NCBI GenBank assembly: GCA_051382335.1
Contig: JBBCAX010000077.1
Span: forward strand, 1 to 41,571
Length of the DNA stretch: 41,571 bases
Source of the DNA: Deltaproteobacteria bacterium TL4
Lineage (GTDB): Bacteria; SAR324; NAC60-12
Reading direction: 5' to 3'
Part shown: in pieces, positions 18,119 to 28,087 of the stretch
How positions within the stretch are numbered: position 1 is the stretch's first letter
Layout: the number at the start of each line of letters is the position of its first letter
Position numbers and translations under genes: made by a program
Notes under the pieces: model-generated
What the model was told of the DNA's origin: nothing
Databases searched by the model: none
The model's input: only the letters and a program-made list of their open reading frames with translations

Positions 18119-20605
18119 ATGAAAAATCCGCTAGAAATGCTGTTACAACTCGAAAAGGAATGCACCGTCTCGTTGTGCTTACCTAAGGATTTATACGTAC
18201 TTTACTATGACCCTTTGAGAAACAGACTGGCAAATTGGTTTTCTGGTTTTTTCATTGCGGCTGAAGCTCCAACTCAGGAAACATCGACTTCAGCGGACTA
18301 TCATTTGAGTTTACTTACCGAGTCCCCTTCCCAAGGTCCCGCTCTCACCTTTCCTGCTCTTGAAGGCGCTCCCACAACCGAGGAGATGGCTCCTTTTGTT
18401 CGCAAACCCGCACAATGGACGGTGGTGGAAGAACGTTACCTTTCATTACAAAACAAGATTAATTCTCAAAATGAACGTTCAGGTTTTCAACAATTACTAA
18501 GTCAGTGGTGGCAATTACGTAATCACATGCAGACCTTGGAACTGATAAGAAAGGCACATGCCAATCTCATTACAGAGATTCAAAATCAGGATCAGCAATA
18601 TTATCAGGGATTGGGATTACTACTGATTGAAGCTGCAGAAAAAGCACTTCAACTCAGTGTTATGGGAAAGGTGATGAAACGCTATATCAAGATTTTGATC
18701 ATTGATGACTTAGGAGAGCGTACCTCTGCCCGTTTATCGGAATTGGGCTTTAGTAAACATAATGTATCTACGATGAGTCTTGATACCTTTCGAAGGAATT
18801 ATGAGGCGTTTCAAGCGCAGTATTCTGAACAATTTAAAGAGCAAACGGTATCGCTGGATGATTTTTGGAAAAGATGTGATCTTTTTGAGAATCATGAAAT
18901 CATCATCTACAATCCCTGGGAATTTAGAAATAATCAGCTTTTGGTGGAAATAAGGATTCGGCGTAAGCCTGTTCTCAGTCGTAAGGAGTTTATCCGGTCA
19001 CATGAAAATCCAGAAAAGCGGACAACACAGATCGAGACTCTCAAAGAACAGTGTCTGACGTTCAAAGGCCGGTTGAAACTGATTGAAGACCAGTTGAACC
19101 TCGCGGAAACTGAGGACTCCTTAAGATCCTTTGAATATCAAAATTTACGACGTCAGTGGAAATTGTTGCAATCAGATCTCACTCAAGCAATTCAGAAATT
19201 AAAAACAGAACAAAAAACAATTAACGCTAACATTGACCTCCTGGGATACACCCGTGATTTGATGAATACGGTTCAAGGTAACCAGTCCTTAGCACAAAAA
19301 TTAGGAAAAAAGTTAGGACAATGGCATGGGTTGGACGATTGGTTGATGGGGGCCGACAATAAGGAGGAGACAGGATCATGGGAATCCTTAGTTCAGTTGA
19401 TACATACCAAGGAAAAGCATGAAAAGGACATACGAAATCAAAAACTACAAATAGATTCTGAGCTCCAAGTCTTTTCAGAGATAGGTCAACAGCACTTTGC
19501 AGAGGTCAAGGATCATCAACAACTAATTGGTGTGCATATCCTCAATGTTTTGGAACAATCCATCACAGGTTGTGCTCTTTCACATACAAAACAATTCCTG
19601 CACCATTATCCTGGTGCGTACTATCAGGTAGAACTTGGTGATGAAAATCCTTTGGTTTGGACAGATCCGCTGCTTTCAAAAGTACGTATCTTTGTCCTGA
19701 CCCGTTCTTATCGCATTCCTTCTCAGGTATTTCAACATCTGTTTCGCATAAATGATAATGAAGTGTTGCAACGGATTTGGATCTCTCCAGAACTCCCTGA
19801 ATCAGGCGATTTTGATGTAGGTGAATCTGACTTATTTGTGGTGGATTGTTCCTCCTTTTCTTCCAAAGAGATCGCGGAGAGTCTGAAACGTCGTAATAGC
19901 TCATCACGAGCCCACATTCCGTTCATCTTACTCATGCCGCCTCATTATGAAATATCACCTGCGAATCAAATGAAATTGGAACTGTTGATAGGCCTTAAGT
20001 CCGCATCACCTGGAGTAATGATGTTTCAGACGCCTTCTTATCAGGTGAGTAACCTCACCGATTACCAGCTTTTAATTCCTGTATTGTGCGAAGTGATGGG
20101 AATTGCTATTGAAACCGTACCTTCTTTTGAGAAAAGCCAGGCTCATCTTAATGCGAAAGAGAACGCGACGGAAGGTAAAGTGGAGTTGCCCTTCATACCC
20201 CATTTGGATGATGAAAAAGAGTCACAGTCCGCTCCAAATAAAACACCATCACCAGCAAAGCACTTATCTTCACACCGTCCCGGTGATTCAAACCTGGACC
20301 AGCGGGGTGACGAAGCTCTGGCTCGTAGAGAGAGCTCTGACATAACGGAAACAGAGAAAATCGTAAAATTCAAAAGGCTTCAACCTGAGACTCCAGAAAT
20401 TCTGTACAGGGTGGATCAGTTGTTCGCTTTTGAGGACCTACAAGAGGGAGAGCCACCATCGCAACCCTCCTCTGAGACTTCAGAACAGGACTTTGCCATC
20501 AGTTCTGTATTGATCTTTGAGGATGTTGACAATGAGGACGAGGCCCCTCCCGATCTTCAGAAGGAGGATAAAGTCTATCCTCTAGGGCAATTGTTCAAGT
20601 TTTGA
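18119..20605 (+). CDS. Hypothetical coiled-coil protein with degenerate receiver-like segments and an acidic tail
   Basis: 828-aa ORF in operon spacing; KILIIDD; central heptad-rich region; DLFVVD...AHIPFILL. Confidence 0.8.
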   Translation: MKNPLEMLLQLEKECTVSLCLPKDLYVLYYDPLRNRLANWFSGFFIAAEAPTQETSTSADYHLSLLTESPSQGPALTFPALEGAPTTEEMAPFVRKPAQWTVVEERYLSLQNKINSQNERSGFQQLLSQWWQLRNHMQTLELIRKAHANLITEIQNQDQQYYQGLGLLLIEAAEKALQLSVMGKVMKRYIKILIIDDLGERTSARLSELGFSKHNVSTMSLDTFRRNYEAFQAQYSEQFKEQTVSLDDFWKRCDLFENHEIIIYNPWEFRNNQLLVEIRIRRKPVLSRKEFIRSHENPEKRTTQIETLKEQCLTFKGRLKLIEDQLNLAETEDSLRSFEYQNLRRQWKLLQSDLTQAIQKLKTEQKTINANIDLLGYTRDLMNTVQGNQSLAQKLGKKLGQWHGLDDWLMGADNKEETGSWESLVQLIHTKEKHEKDIRNQKLQIDSELQVFSEIGQQHFAEVKDHQQLIGVHILNVLEQSITGCALSHTKQFLHHYPGAYYQVELGDENPLVWTDPLLSKVRIFVLTRSYRIPSQVFQHLFRINDNEVLQRIWISPELPESGDFDVGESDLFVVDCSSFSSKEIAESLKRRNSSSRAHIPFILLMPPHYEISPANQMKLELLIGLKSASPGVMMFQTPSYQVSNLTDYQLLIPVLCEVMGIAIETVPSFEKSQAHLNAKENATEGKVELPFIPHLDDEKESQSAPNKTPSPAKHLSSHRPGDSNLDQRGDEALARRESSDITETEKIVKFKRLQPETPEILYRVDQLFAFEDLQEGEPPSQPSSETSEQDFAISSVLIFEDVDNEDEAPPDLQKEDKVYPLGQLFKF

Positions 20606-20627
20606 CCTTGGGTGGTAGGAGTTTTTT

Positions 20628-22016
20628 ATGAAACGTTTTTTTCAATTATTGAAGCTAGATCGTCAACATCAATCTTCTGCGATCAAGAACAGGAATACCG
20701 AGCTTCCGTCCTTGTTAAAAATCACAGGTGAATTACTGAAAGATCAGCCTCTGGATCGTGGAGTTACTGGAGGGCCTATTGAATCCTACGATGAAGGGAT
20801 TATTCCTGGGGTTATTGAGCATTGGCACAAAGACATCGCTCACCGTAAACAAAATATCCTGCAGTGGTCCCCTCAAACGCGGTTACGGAGAATCAGTAAT
20901 GGATTACGCCGTATCTCTCTGCCTCCTGATGTCAGTGGCCAAGAAATATCTCAACTTCATCCTTCACCAGCGACTAAAAAATTGCTATCCAAATTGAGGA
21001 AAAATCCTCAGGATCATTCTTCTCGTCAAGAATTGATCCGGTTGGTAGGAAACCATGTGCTTGGCTTTATGGAAAAAGGAGAGGAAGTACTTACTCTCAA
21101 AGATTCCCAGATACTGTTCTTGCAGGCCCTCATGATTTGTTCTTTTGACGAACTGCGTATGGAGTGGTTGGAAACGGCTCTTTGGGCTCAAAAAATCTAC
21201 ATGGAACAACTTCAGGCCAAATGCCGACATGATCTCGATAAAACAGAATATCAGATAAAAACACGAAAACTCGATCAAACGGTACGAAAGCAGTTATTGA
21301 ATTACATCCAGCAGATTCAAATCAATCTCCACTGTATTCAAGAATACCAAAAGTGTACCACTCCCCAAAAAAATGATGTTTCAACCCCCCTTTCCTGTGA
21401 ATTTCATACGCAAGAATTAAGGGCCTTGCTTGAAGATTCATCGGTAGTACCACCCACTAATCATTTTGCGGATCCCAAAACCAAACAGCTCAAAATCAAA
21501 AACGCGTTAGATCGTCTGATTATGATAATAAACGTGATGCGCTTTGTTCCGTTGCTGCATCCACAAGCCCTGAGTATTCTGGAGTTGGCCTGCAAAGTAG
21601 AACCGAATAGCCCCATCCCTTATTTTTTACAAGCCCGGGTCAATATGGTCTTTCTGCTCTTTACAAAGGGGAGAATGGAAGCTGGGCACCGTGAACCCCA
21701 GGTCACAGAACAGTTAGTTGCCGGTTTTCAAATTGTTTATTCATGTTATCACAAAGCGACCCAAAAAGTGGGGCTCATGCCAGAAAGCCCTAACGAAATC
21801 ACCGTTATGATTGAGTATGCCAACGTCGTTTGCTTTATTTCAAAAGTGTCCAAGTTAATGAGCCTGACAATCCCCAACGCATGGTTGGAAAAAGCGCTAA
21901 GCAATTCATGGGACGCTGTCAAAGGGATTACGGATGTTCCCTTTGTTGAGGAACTTAAACAGGAGTTAATACAAATTGGAGAGGACTATAAGTTCGATTT
22001 TTATATGGAATCTTAA
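20628..22016 (+). CDS. Hypothetical helical protein, possibly TPR-like
   Basis: 462-aa ORF with AGGAG RBS; TPR-like segment ALSILELACKVEPNSPIPYFLQARV. Confidence 0.8.
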   Translation: MKRFFQLLKLDRQHQSSAIKNRNTELPSLLKITGELLKDQPLDRGVTGGPIESYDEGIIPGVIEHWHKDIAHRKQNILQWSPQTRLRRISNGLRRISLPPDVSGQEISQLHPSPATKKLLSKLRKNPQDHSSRQELIRLVGNHVLGFMEKGEEVLTLKDSQILFLQALMICSFDELRMEWLETALWAQKIYMEQLQAKCRHDLDKTEYQIKTRKLDQTVRKQLLNYIQQIQINLHCIQEYQKCTTPQKNDVSTPLSCEFHTQELRALLEDSSVVPPTNHFADPKTKQLKIKNALDRLIMIINVMRFVPLLHPQALSILELACKVEPNSPIPYFLQARVNMVFLLFTKGRMEAGHREPQVTEQLVAGFQIVYSCYHKATQKVGLMPESPNEITVMIEYANVVCFISKVSKLMSLTIPNAWLEKALSNSWDAVKGITDVPFVEELKQELIQIGEDYKFDFYMES

Positions 22017-22202
22017 TTCGCTGTTATGAGATTACTTGGCTAATCCTAAATCACGTATCAATTGGTAGTGTCCCAGAATGACTTACAATAAATTTACATT
22101 GAAGGTTGATTTTCACAAGGCGAACATGAAATAAAAGAGTAAGGGGGGGGAACGTTGTAACGTTTTTCCCTAAGGACAGGGACCAAGCGACACAGGATAT
22201 TA

Positions 22203-24356
22203 ATGACCATACGAACATTGAAATTATCATGTTTCTTTTCAAAAGTAATCGGAGTTGTTTTGATCTATAGCTGGATGGGAACAACCATGCTCTACGCGCA
22301 AAACTATGTCAGTCAATTGACGACGCCAACTCAAGTCACGTCGGGATGGCAATATCGTTGGGGCGTTTCGCCGCTCAATGAAGAGGGGAGGGCACAATGG
22401 CTTTTTGAAAAGTTGGACGATCCCCACTGGAAGTCTTTCCAGCTTCCAATTCAAATTGCGCGGGATCGAATTATTCCACAGTTTGAAAAAAAAGCCTTTA
22501 TCGAAAATTTAGTTGCCGCATCCATAGAAGCCTTCGAAAATTATACGACCCTGTGGATCCGTGTTCCCTTACCCCGGGAAGATTGGAAAGATGCCAGCCT
22601 CTATATCGCGGGGGCCTTGGAAACTCATCAATTGGATGCTTATCTGGATCAAACCTTGATTTGGAACTGTAAACAAAAAGAGTGTGAACATGCTGGCGAA
22701 TTTTCTCACATTCACCTGTTTCCCCTGCCCGAAAACGCTTATGGGAAAATGTTGACACTGCGATTTAAATTGAAAGCCTTTCCTCCTCCCGCCTTTCGGT
22801 ATGTGACCTTGAGTTCTCGCGCCAATAATCTGCTGAAAGTGATTGCTGATAATTTTGATCAATTCCTCTTAGGTTCTTTATTAATTCTCATCGGCTCTCT
22901 TCAAATTTCGATTATTTTGAGACGAGGAGAATATAAATCCCATGCGTCTTTGGGCTTTTGTATCCTCTGTGCTGGCTTTTGGATTTTTTTCAGCAGTGAT
23001 ATCAGCAAGTTTTATTATTATGACGCGGTCTTATGGGAAAACATCCTTCTGATCTCTTTCTTGCTTGCGCCTGTGGGACTTTGTATCTTCTTTGAGCAAA
23101 TGTTTGGCCCCGGACCTTATTGGGTCGTTCGTTTCTTCTGGATCTCCAATCTTGTTTTTGCACTGTGCGCGATCAGTATTGTACGCTTGGAGTACCTTGA
23201 CGCGGAATGGATCATGGCCTTTTTCAAACTGTTATTGATTCCAGGGACCCTGATTGTTCTCGCTCTGGCAATCAAAGACGCATTAAACGGAAATCTCAAC
23301 GCGAATATGTTTACCTTGGGAATGACCGTACTTTTCTTAACCATGATCCGGGATATTTTAGTTGATTTCAGAATATTACCCGGGTATTGGAATAGTTACA
23401 CTCACTGGGGGATGGCTTTTTTCCTTGGAACGTTGGGCTTTGTGATAGAACGTCATTTTTCAGTCATCCACAAACGCCTGGAAGTCATCAACCAGGCCTC
23501 CAGTCGTTTTGTTCCCCATCAATTTCTAACCATTCTGGAAAAAGAAAGTATTGTTGAGATCCAGCTTGGCGATTGTGTTCAAAAGGAAATGACCATTCTT
23601 TTTTCGGATATCCGCTCGTTTACCACAATTTCTGAACAAATGACGCCTAATGAGAATTTTCGTTTTATCAATTCCTACCTTGGAGTCATGGGGCCTATCA
23701 TTCGGAAGCATCAAGGATTTATTGATAAATATATTGGGGATGCTATTATGGCGTTATTCATGTATGATCCTGATGATGCGGTCAAGGCCGCAATCCACAT
23801 GTTACAAGAGTTGCCAGAATTTAATGAAACCCGAAAGCGTCCTGGCCGAGTACCGATTGAAATTGGCATCGGCATCAACACAGGGGCTTTAATGATTGGA
23901 ACTATTGGTGAGCAGAACCGCATGGAGGGGACAGTAATCAGTGACGCGGTGAATCTTGCCGCACGTATGGAAGGCATGACCAAACACTATGGAGCTTCCC
24001 TTTTGATCAGTGATCATACTTTTTTTAAACTTAAAAATCCCTCGGATTTCTCGATGAGGATGATTGATCAGGTCAAAGTTAAAGGGAAATCGGAACCTGT
24101 GAGTGTTTGGGAGGTTTTAGATGGTGAAAAGCCGAAGTTCAAAGACGCGAAAATGGCGACAGAAAAAATATTTTCAAATGCGGTCTCCCATTATCACCAG
24201 CAACAGATACAAGAGTCGCATGCTCTTTTTCAAGAATGCCTGGCGCATAATCCCAATGACAAAGCCGCTCTGATTTATTTGGAGCGCTGTCAGCACTATT
24301 TGGACCATGAGTCAAAAAGTGATTGGCACAGTGTGACTCAGATTGATAACAAATGA
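22203..24356 (+). CDS. Membrane-bound class III adenylate cyclase (extracytoplasmic sensor + ~7 TM + cyclase + TPR-like tail)
   Basis: TILFSDIRSFT, IDKYIGDAIMALF, IGIGINTG, TVISDAVNLAARMEG, VKVKGK; ATP-specifying Lys and Thr are present. Confidence 0.95.
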   Translation: MTIRTLKLSCFFSKVIGVVLIYSWMGTTMLYAQNYVSQLTTPTQVTSGWQYRWGVSPLNEEGRAQWLFEKLDDPHWKSFQLPIQIARDRIIPQFEKKAFIENLVAASIEAFENYTTLWIRVPLPREDWKDASLYIAGALETHQLDAYLDQTLIWNCKQKECEHAGEFSHIHLFPLPENAYGKMLTLRFKLKAFPPPAFRYVTLSSRANNLLKVIADNFDQFLLGSLLILIGSLQISIILRRGEYKSHASLGFCILCAGFWIFFSSDISKFYYYDAVLWENILLISFLLAPVGLCIFFEQMFGPGPYWVVRFFWISNLVFALCAISIVRLEYLDAEWIMAFFKLLLIPGTLIVLALAIKDALNGNLNANMFTLGMTVLFLTMIRDILVDFRILPGYWNSYTHWGMAFFLGTLGFVIERHFSVIHKRLEVINQASSRFVPHQFLTILEKESIVEIQLGDCVQKEMTILFSDIRSFTTISEQMTPNENFRFINSYLGVMGPIIRKHQGFIDKYIGDAIMALFMYDPDDAVKAAIHMLQELPEFNETRKRPGRVPIEIGIGINTGALMIGTIGEQNRMEGTVISDAVNLAARMEGMTKHYGASLLISDHTFFKLKNPSDFSMRMIDQVKVKGKSEPVSVWEVLDGEKPKFKDAKMATEKIFSNAVSHYHQQQIQESHALFQECLAHNPNDKAALIYLERCQHYLDHESKSDWHSVTQIDNK

Positions 24357-24427
24357 GGTAAGCCTTTATTTCTGGGTCGTTACCCACATCCAACGCAAAA
24401 ATGCGTTAAATTCCTTTACAGGTTGAT

Positions 24428-26470
24428 ATGGAATCGTCCTCTACTTCGTCTGCAAACCCCAGTACTCTCTCCATCGCCATGAATATCCTGCTGATTGATG
24501 ATGAACCTCGTTTATGTGAGTCCTTTGCTCGCCTTTTTTCAAAATTAGGGCACCAGGTCACCTCCCTGAACAGTGGCAAAGAAGCCTTGCAGCTTCAGGA
24601 GGCTCAACTGATTTTTTTTGACTTGGCACTCGTTGATATGAACATGGCTGAAATGGATGGTTTTCAAACAGGCTTGCGACTGAAAGAACGTGTCCCTCAC
24701 CTGGTTACCATCATGTTAACGGCAGATGATCGCCTGGAAACTGTGGTCAAAGCGCTAAGAGACAGTAAATTTGATGATTATCTTTGCAAGCAGGACGTGG
24801 CACGTGACGCAATGGTGGGTTCTCCGCGCTTACAGGAAACATTAATTCGTGCAGAAAGCCTCTTGTTTACAAGAAAACAACTACACGCTACAGAAAAAGC
24901 ACTCTCTCAGCAACATCAGCTCAACTCAACGCTTCGATCTCGATCGGTTGAAGTTCAGCAAGAACTCATTGGAGAATCGCCTGCCTTTAAAGAAGTTTTA
25001 AAACGAGTTCATCAAGTCGCCCCCTCAGAGGCCGCCACCCTCATTAGGGGAGAAATAGGAACAGGGAAAGGCTTGATTGCTCGTGAGATTCATCGGCACA
25101 GCAGGCGTGCAAAAGAGCCTTTTGTCGCGATCAATTGCTGTGCGGTTCCATGCGAATTATTAGAAAGTGAGTTGTTTGGACATGAAAAAGGAGCGTTTAC
25201 CGGGGCCAATACGCAAAGGGACGGGTTCTTTAAATTAGCCAACCAGGGAACACTTTTTCTTGACGAAATCGGTGACATACCTCTGGAGCTGCAAGTCAAA
25301 TTGTTAAGGGTTTTACAAGAAAAAGAAGTCATTCCTCTGGGAAGTTGCTGCCCTATTCCTGTTGACGTTCGGGTCATCTGCTCAACAAATCGGGACTTAA
25401 GACAGAAAATGGAGACAGGAGAATTTAGAAAGGATCTGTTTTACAGACTGAACGTCTTTCCTATTTATGTGCCTCCGCTAAGAGAACGAATCGGGGATCT
25501 CCCCATCTTAATCAATTATTTTATTGAAAGAAAAGCCTCTTACAAAACCATACACGGCATTCTTCCAGAAGCGTTAACCATGTTAAGTCACTATTTTTGG
25601 GAGGGCAACATCCGGGAATTGGAGAATCTGGTTGAGCGGGCCATTGTGGTGGCTCAAGGCGAATATTTAACCCAGGAAGATTTCCCCAGTGACTCCATGT
25701 TGGGTTTTCCCATGCCTCCTATGGCACCGAGCCAAATGACTCCGATGTATTCACCCGTAACGGTCATGCCCCCTGTTATGAATGATTTTGAGTCGGTATG
25801 GATGTTGTTTGTCAAGGCAGGATGTCAACTTTGGAAGTTCAGGAATTCAGCTCAACTGTATTCGACACTTGGCCTCCTCCTGGAAAATGCGGAGTATGTC
25901 AAAAAGGGACATTTTGGCAGGCTGATCCTGAAAAAACCCAGCTCATTAACCGTTGAAATAGAGTACCTCAATGTGGAAGCCTGCCAATATCAGGAAGCAA
26001 CCTTGATTTTTGAATTCCTTTCTTCCTTGACGGGAGAATCGCCTCATGCGGCAAGCGGTCGTCCAGTATTGACAGGAAACAAAACTATCATTCAACCTGT
26101 TTTGAAGGGTTTGCCGGATACGTATATTTTCGATCTGCTTTATCCCCCTGCCAAAAAACACGAATCAGATCCCCTCTCACCCCAATTGATGATCAGGGCG
26201 TTAGTCTTGCGATACGCTCAAGAAAAAAGTACGTCTAAAAATCTCAAGCGTATCTTCGGAGAAATCATGAGCTTTTTGATCACCGCTGAAATGGTACGGA
26301 AAATTTCAGGCTTGGAACATGATGGACTTGAGGCTGTCCGTGCTTGTTTATGCAGTAACAGCCATCTGTTTGCCAGAAATGCCAGTCAATTGAAAACCAA
26401 TCCTGAAGCCGTCGCTCAGTTGATCAGAAAGATTTTTCTAAACTATAGTTTTGATGCTGTTCATCACTAA
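24428..26470 (+). CDS. Sigma54-dependent enhancer-binding response regulator with an atypical C-terminal domain
   Basis: REC (ILLIDDE, DLALVD); Walker A GEIGTGK; ESELFGHEKGAFTGA; Walker B LFLDEIG; DLFYRL; GNIRELEN. No Fis-type HTH recognised. Confidence 0.93.
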   Translation: MESSSTSSANPSTLSIAMNILLIDDEPRLCESFARLFSKLGHQVTSLNSGKEALQLQEAQLIFFDLALVDMNMAEMDGFQTGLRLKERVPHLVTIMLTADDRLETVVKALRDSKFDDYLCKQDVARDAMVGSPRLQETLIRAESLLFTRKQLHATEKALSQQHQLNSTLRSRSVEVQQELIGESPAFKEVLKRVHQVAPSEAATLIRGEIGTGKGLIAREIHRHSRRAKEPFVAINCCAVPCELLESELFGHEKGAFTGANTQRDGFFKLANQGTLFLDEIGDIPLELQVKLLRVLQEKEVIPLGSCCPIPVDVRVICSTNRDLRQKMETGEFRKDLFYRLNVFPIYVPPLRERIGDLPILINYFIERKASYKTIHGILPEALTMLSHYFWEGNIRELENLVERAIVVAQGEYLTQEDFPSDSMLGFPMPPMAPSQMTPMYSPVTVMPPVMNDFESVWMLFVKAGCQLWKFRNSAQLYSTLGLLLENAEYVKKGHFGRLILKKPSSLTVEIEYLNVEACQYQEATLIFEFLSSLTGESPHAASGRPVLTGNKTIIQPVLKGLPDTYIFDLLYPPAKKHESDPLSPQLMIRALVLRYAQEKSTSKNLKRIFGEIMSFLITAEMVRKISGLEHDGLEAVRACLCSNSHLFARNASQLKTNPEAVAQLIRKIFLNYSFDAVHH

Positions 26471-26475
26471 GCGCC

Positions 26476-27750
26476 TCAGTAACCTTCTCCGGGAGGCCAT
26501 AAGGATTGTCCTACATCCGTTCGATAATAACTGCCCAAGCAACGGATTTTTTTTATGTTTTTATAAACTTTTTCAAGGGTGGTCTTTAAGTGTTGATCCA
26601 CGGCCACCAAATCAGCAATCCGATGTCCTCGTTGTGCGATGATATGATGTGCGGTAACCAGTTGTCCTCCTTCTTGATCCACTTCATTCCACCATAAATC
26701 ACAACTCAAGGGGAGTTCCACATTGACAGGAAGTTTAGGCACAGAGGGAATAATATAAGGGTAGCCATACCCGGCCAGGGTCAGCGAACAGCCAAACCGC
26801 TTATCCTCATTCCATTCCAAACGAGGTTTTCTATTGAGCGCAACCTCCTGGAGCGCTTCAAGCGGATTATGAAGCATCCGCAGAAACATGGCTCCAGAGG
26901 TCATCCCCAAACGAACATTATATTCAATGGCAACCCATTGATCCTCTTTCCGAATTGCGGTGACTTGAAGCGGACCATGATAGTTGGTCTTCCGCAACCA
27001 GGGTAACAAGGGCTGAATCAGTGCTTTGCACAACCCATAACGATCTTCAGGATCTTGCTCGACAAGGCCTCCCATTGGAGCTCCCGCAACTGGTCCCATA
27101 TTTCCTGTAAATGCCCGTTTGTATTCCTGATTTGTCGCAATACTTAAGACTTCACCGCCACTGATGAACGCAAAATGTCCCGCTTCTGCAACGCCCACAT
27201 ATTCCTGCAAAAACACCCCTTCCGCATAATCCACACGCTCCAACCAGCCTAGTGTATCTTCAACCGTTTCACACACAATCGTGTGTACTGGACTAAAAGG
27301 CGAACATAAAGGATTTTTGATCACATAAGGACGAGGATCCCTCTTCATCAACGCTAAGGCCTTCAGGCGATTATCAACCCGGTAAAAACGAGGAAAGGGA
27401 ATTCCATACTGCTTGCACAAATCCCCCGCAAGAGCTCTCTGAACTTCAATTTGAATGGCCTCACCATGAGGTGATAAAATGGGGACTCCACTTTCGATCA
27501 ACGAACGGGTCCAAGGTTGACTATGCCAATCAATGGACATGGGAATAATTAAATCAGGTTTAAATTCTTCCAAAACAGGGAGTGGCGATTGATTTTGCGC
27601 ACCATGCCAGATCGGGCCCTCCAGAGACGCTCCATAATGTCCATAATCCCGCGTCAGAAAACACCCTACCTCGGCCCCCTCTGCTTTCAAAATATGCATC
27701 ATGGAGTGAGCAAACGATCCAATACCAAAGATTAATATTTTAACACCCAT
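26476..27750 (-). CDS. PurD (GAR synthetase)-like ATP-grasp ligase, divergent
   Basis: PYVIK, FLQEYV, QEYKRAFTGNMGPVAGAPMGG, IEYNVRLG and YYRTDVG resemble PurD motifs, but the canonical N-terminal GSGGREH is absent. Confidence 0.8.
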   Translation of the reverse strand: MGVKILIFGIGSFAHSMMHILKAEGAEVGCFLTRDYGHYGASLEGPIWHGAQNQSPLPVLEEFKPDLIIPMSIDWHSQPWTRSLIESGVPILSPHGEAIQIEVQRALAGDLCKQYGIPFPRFYRVDNRLKALALMKRDPRPYVIKNPLCSPFSPVHTIVCETVEDTLGWLERVDYAEGVFLQEYVGVAEAGHFAFISGGEVLSIATNQEYKRAFTGNMGPVAGAPMGGLVEQDPEDRYGLCKALIQPLLPWLRKTNYHGPLQVTAIRKEDQWVAIEYNVRLGMTSGAMFLRMLHNPLEALQEVALNRKPRLEWNEDKRFGCSLTLAGYGYPYIIPSVPKLPVNVELPLSCDLWWNEVDQEGGQLVTAHHIIAQRGHRIADLVAVDQHLKTTLEKVYKNIKKIRCLGSYYRTDVGQSLWPPGEGY

Positions 27751-28087
27751 AGTTTACACTTCTTTCCAAAATTCTATTCATCAATTCTAAACTGACCAGA
27801 CAGCTTATTGAGGCCCTATAGTTACTCGTAATTCTATATTTCTCAAGATCTTCGTGATAACTCAGACACACTTCATCCCAAGCGGACTTCCTGCGCTTAC
27901 GTTAAGAGCAAGAGTCCAACCGCGAAAACGTTGATCCTTTAAACTTGCGGAGTTGCTGAAGAAGAACATCCGAGCTCTCTGATTTTAAAATTGTAATCCG
28001 TGAAAAAATGTGCTAGAAGAGCCGGTTCCAGTTAAAAATAGATTTTCCCATTTATAAACCTATAACTTTTAATCAGAGAAAGAGCCT

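Noticed and set aside
22151..22164. Near-palindrome AACGTTGTAACGTT upstream of the cyclase
   Set aside because: Could be an operator, but it is short, single and matches no regulator consensus I can support.
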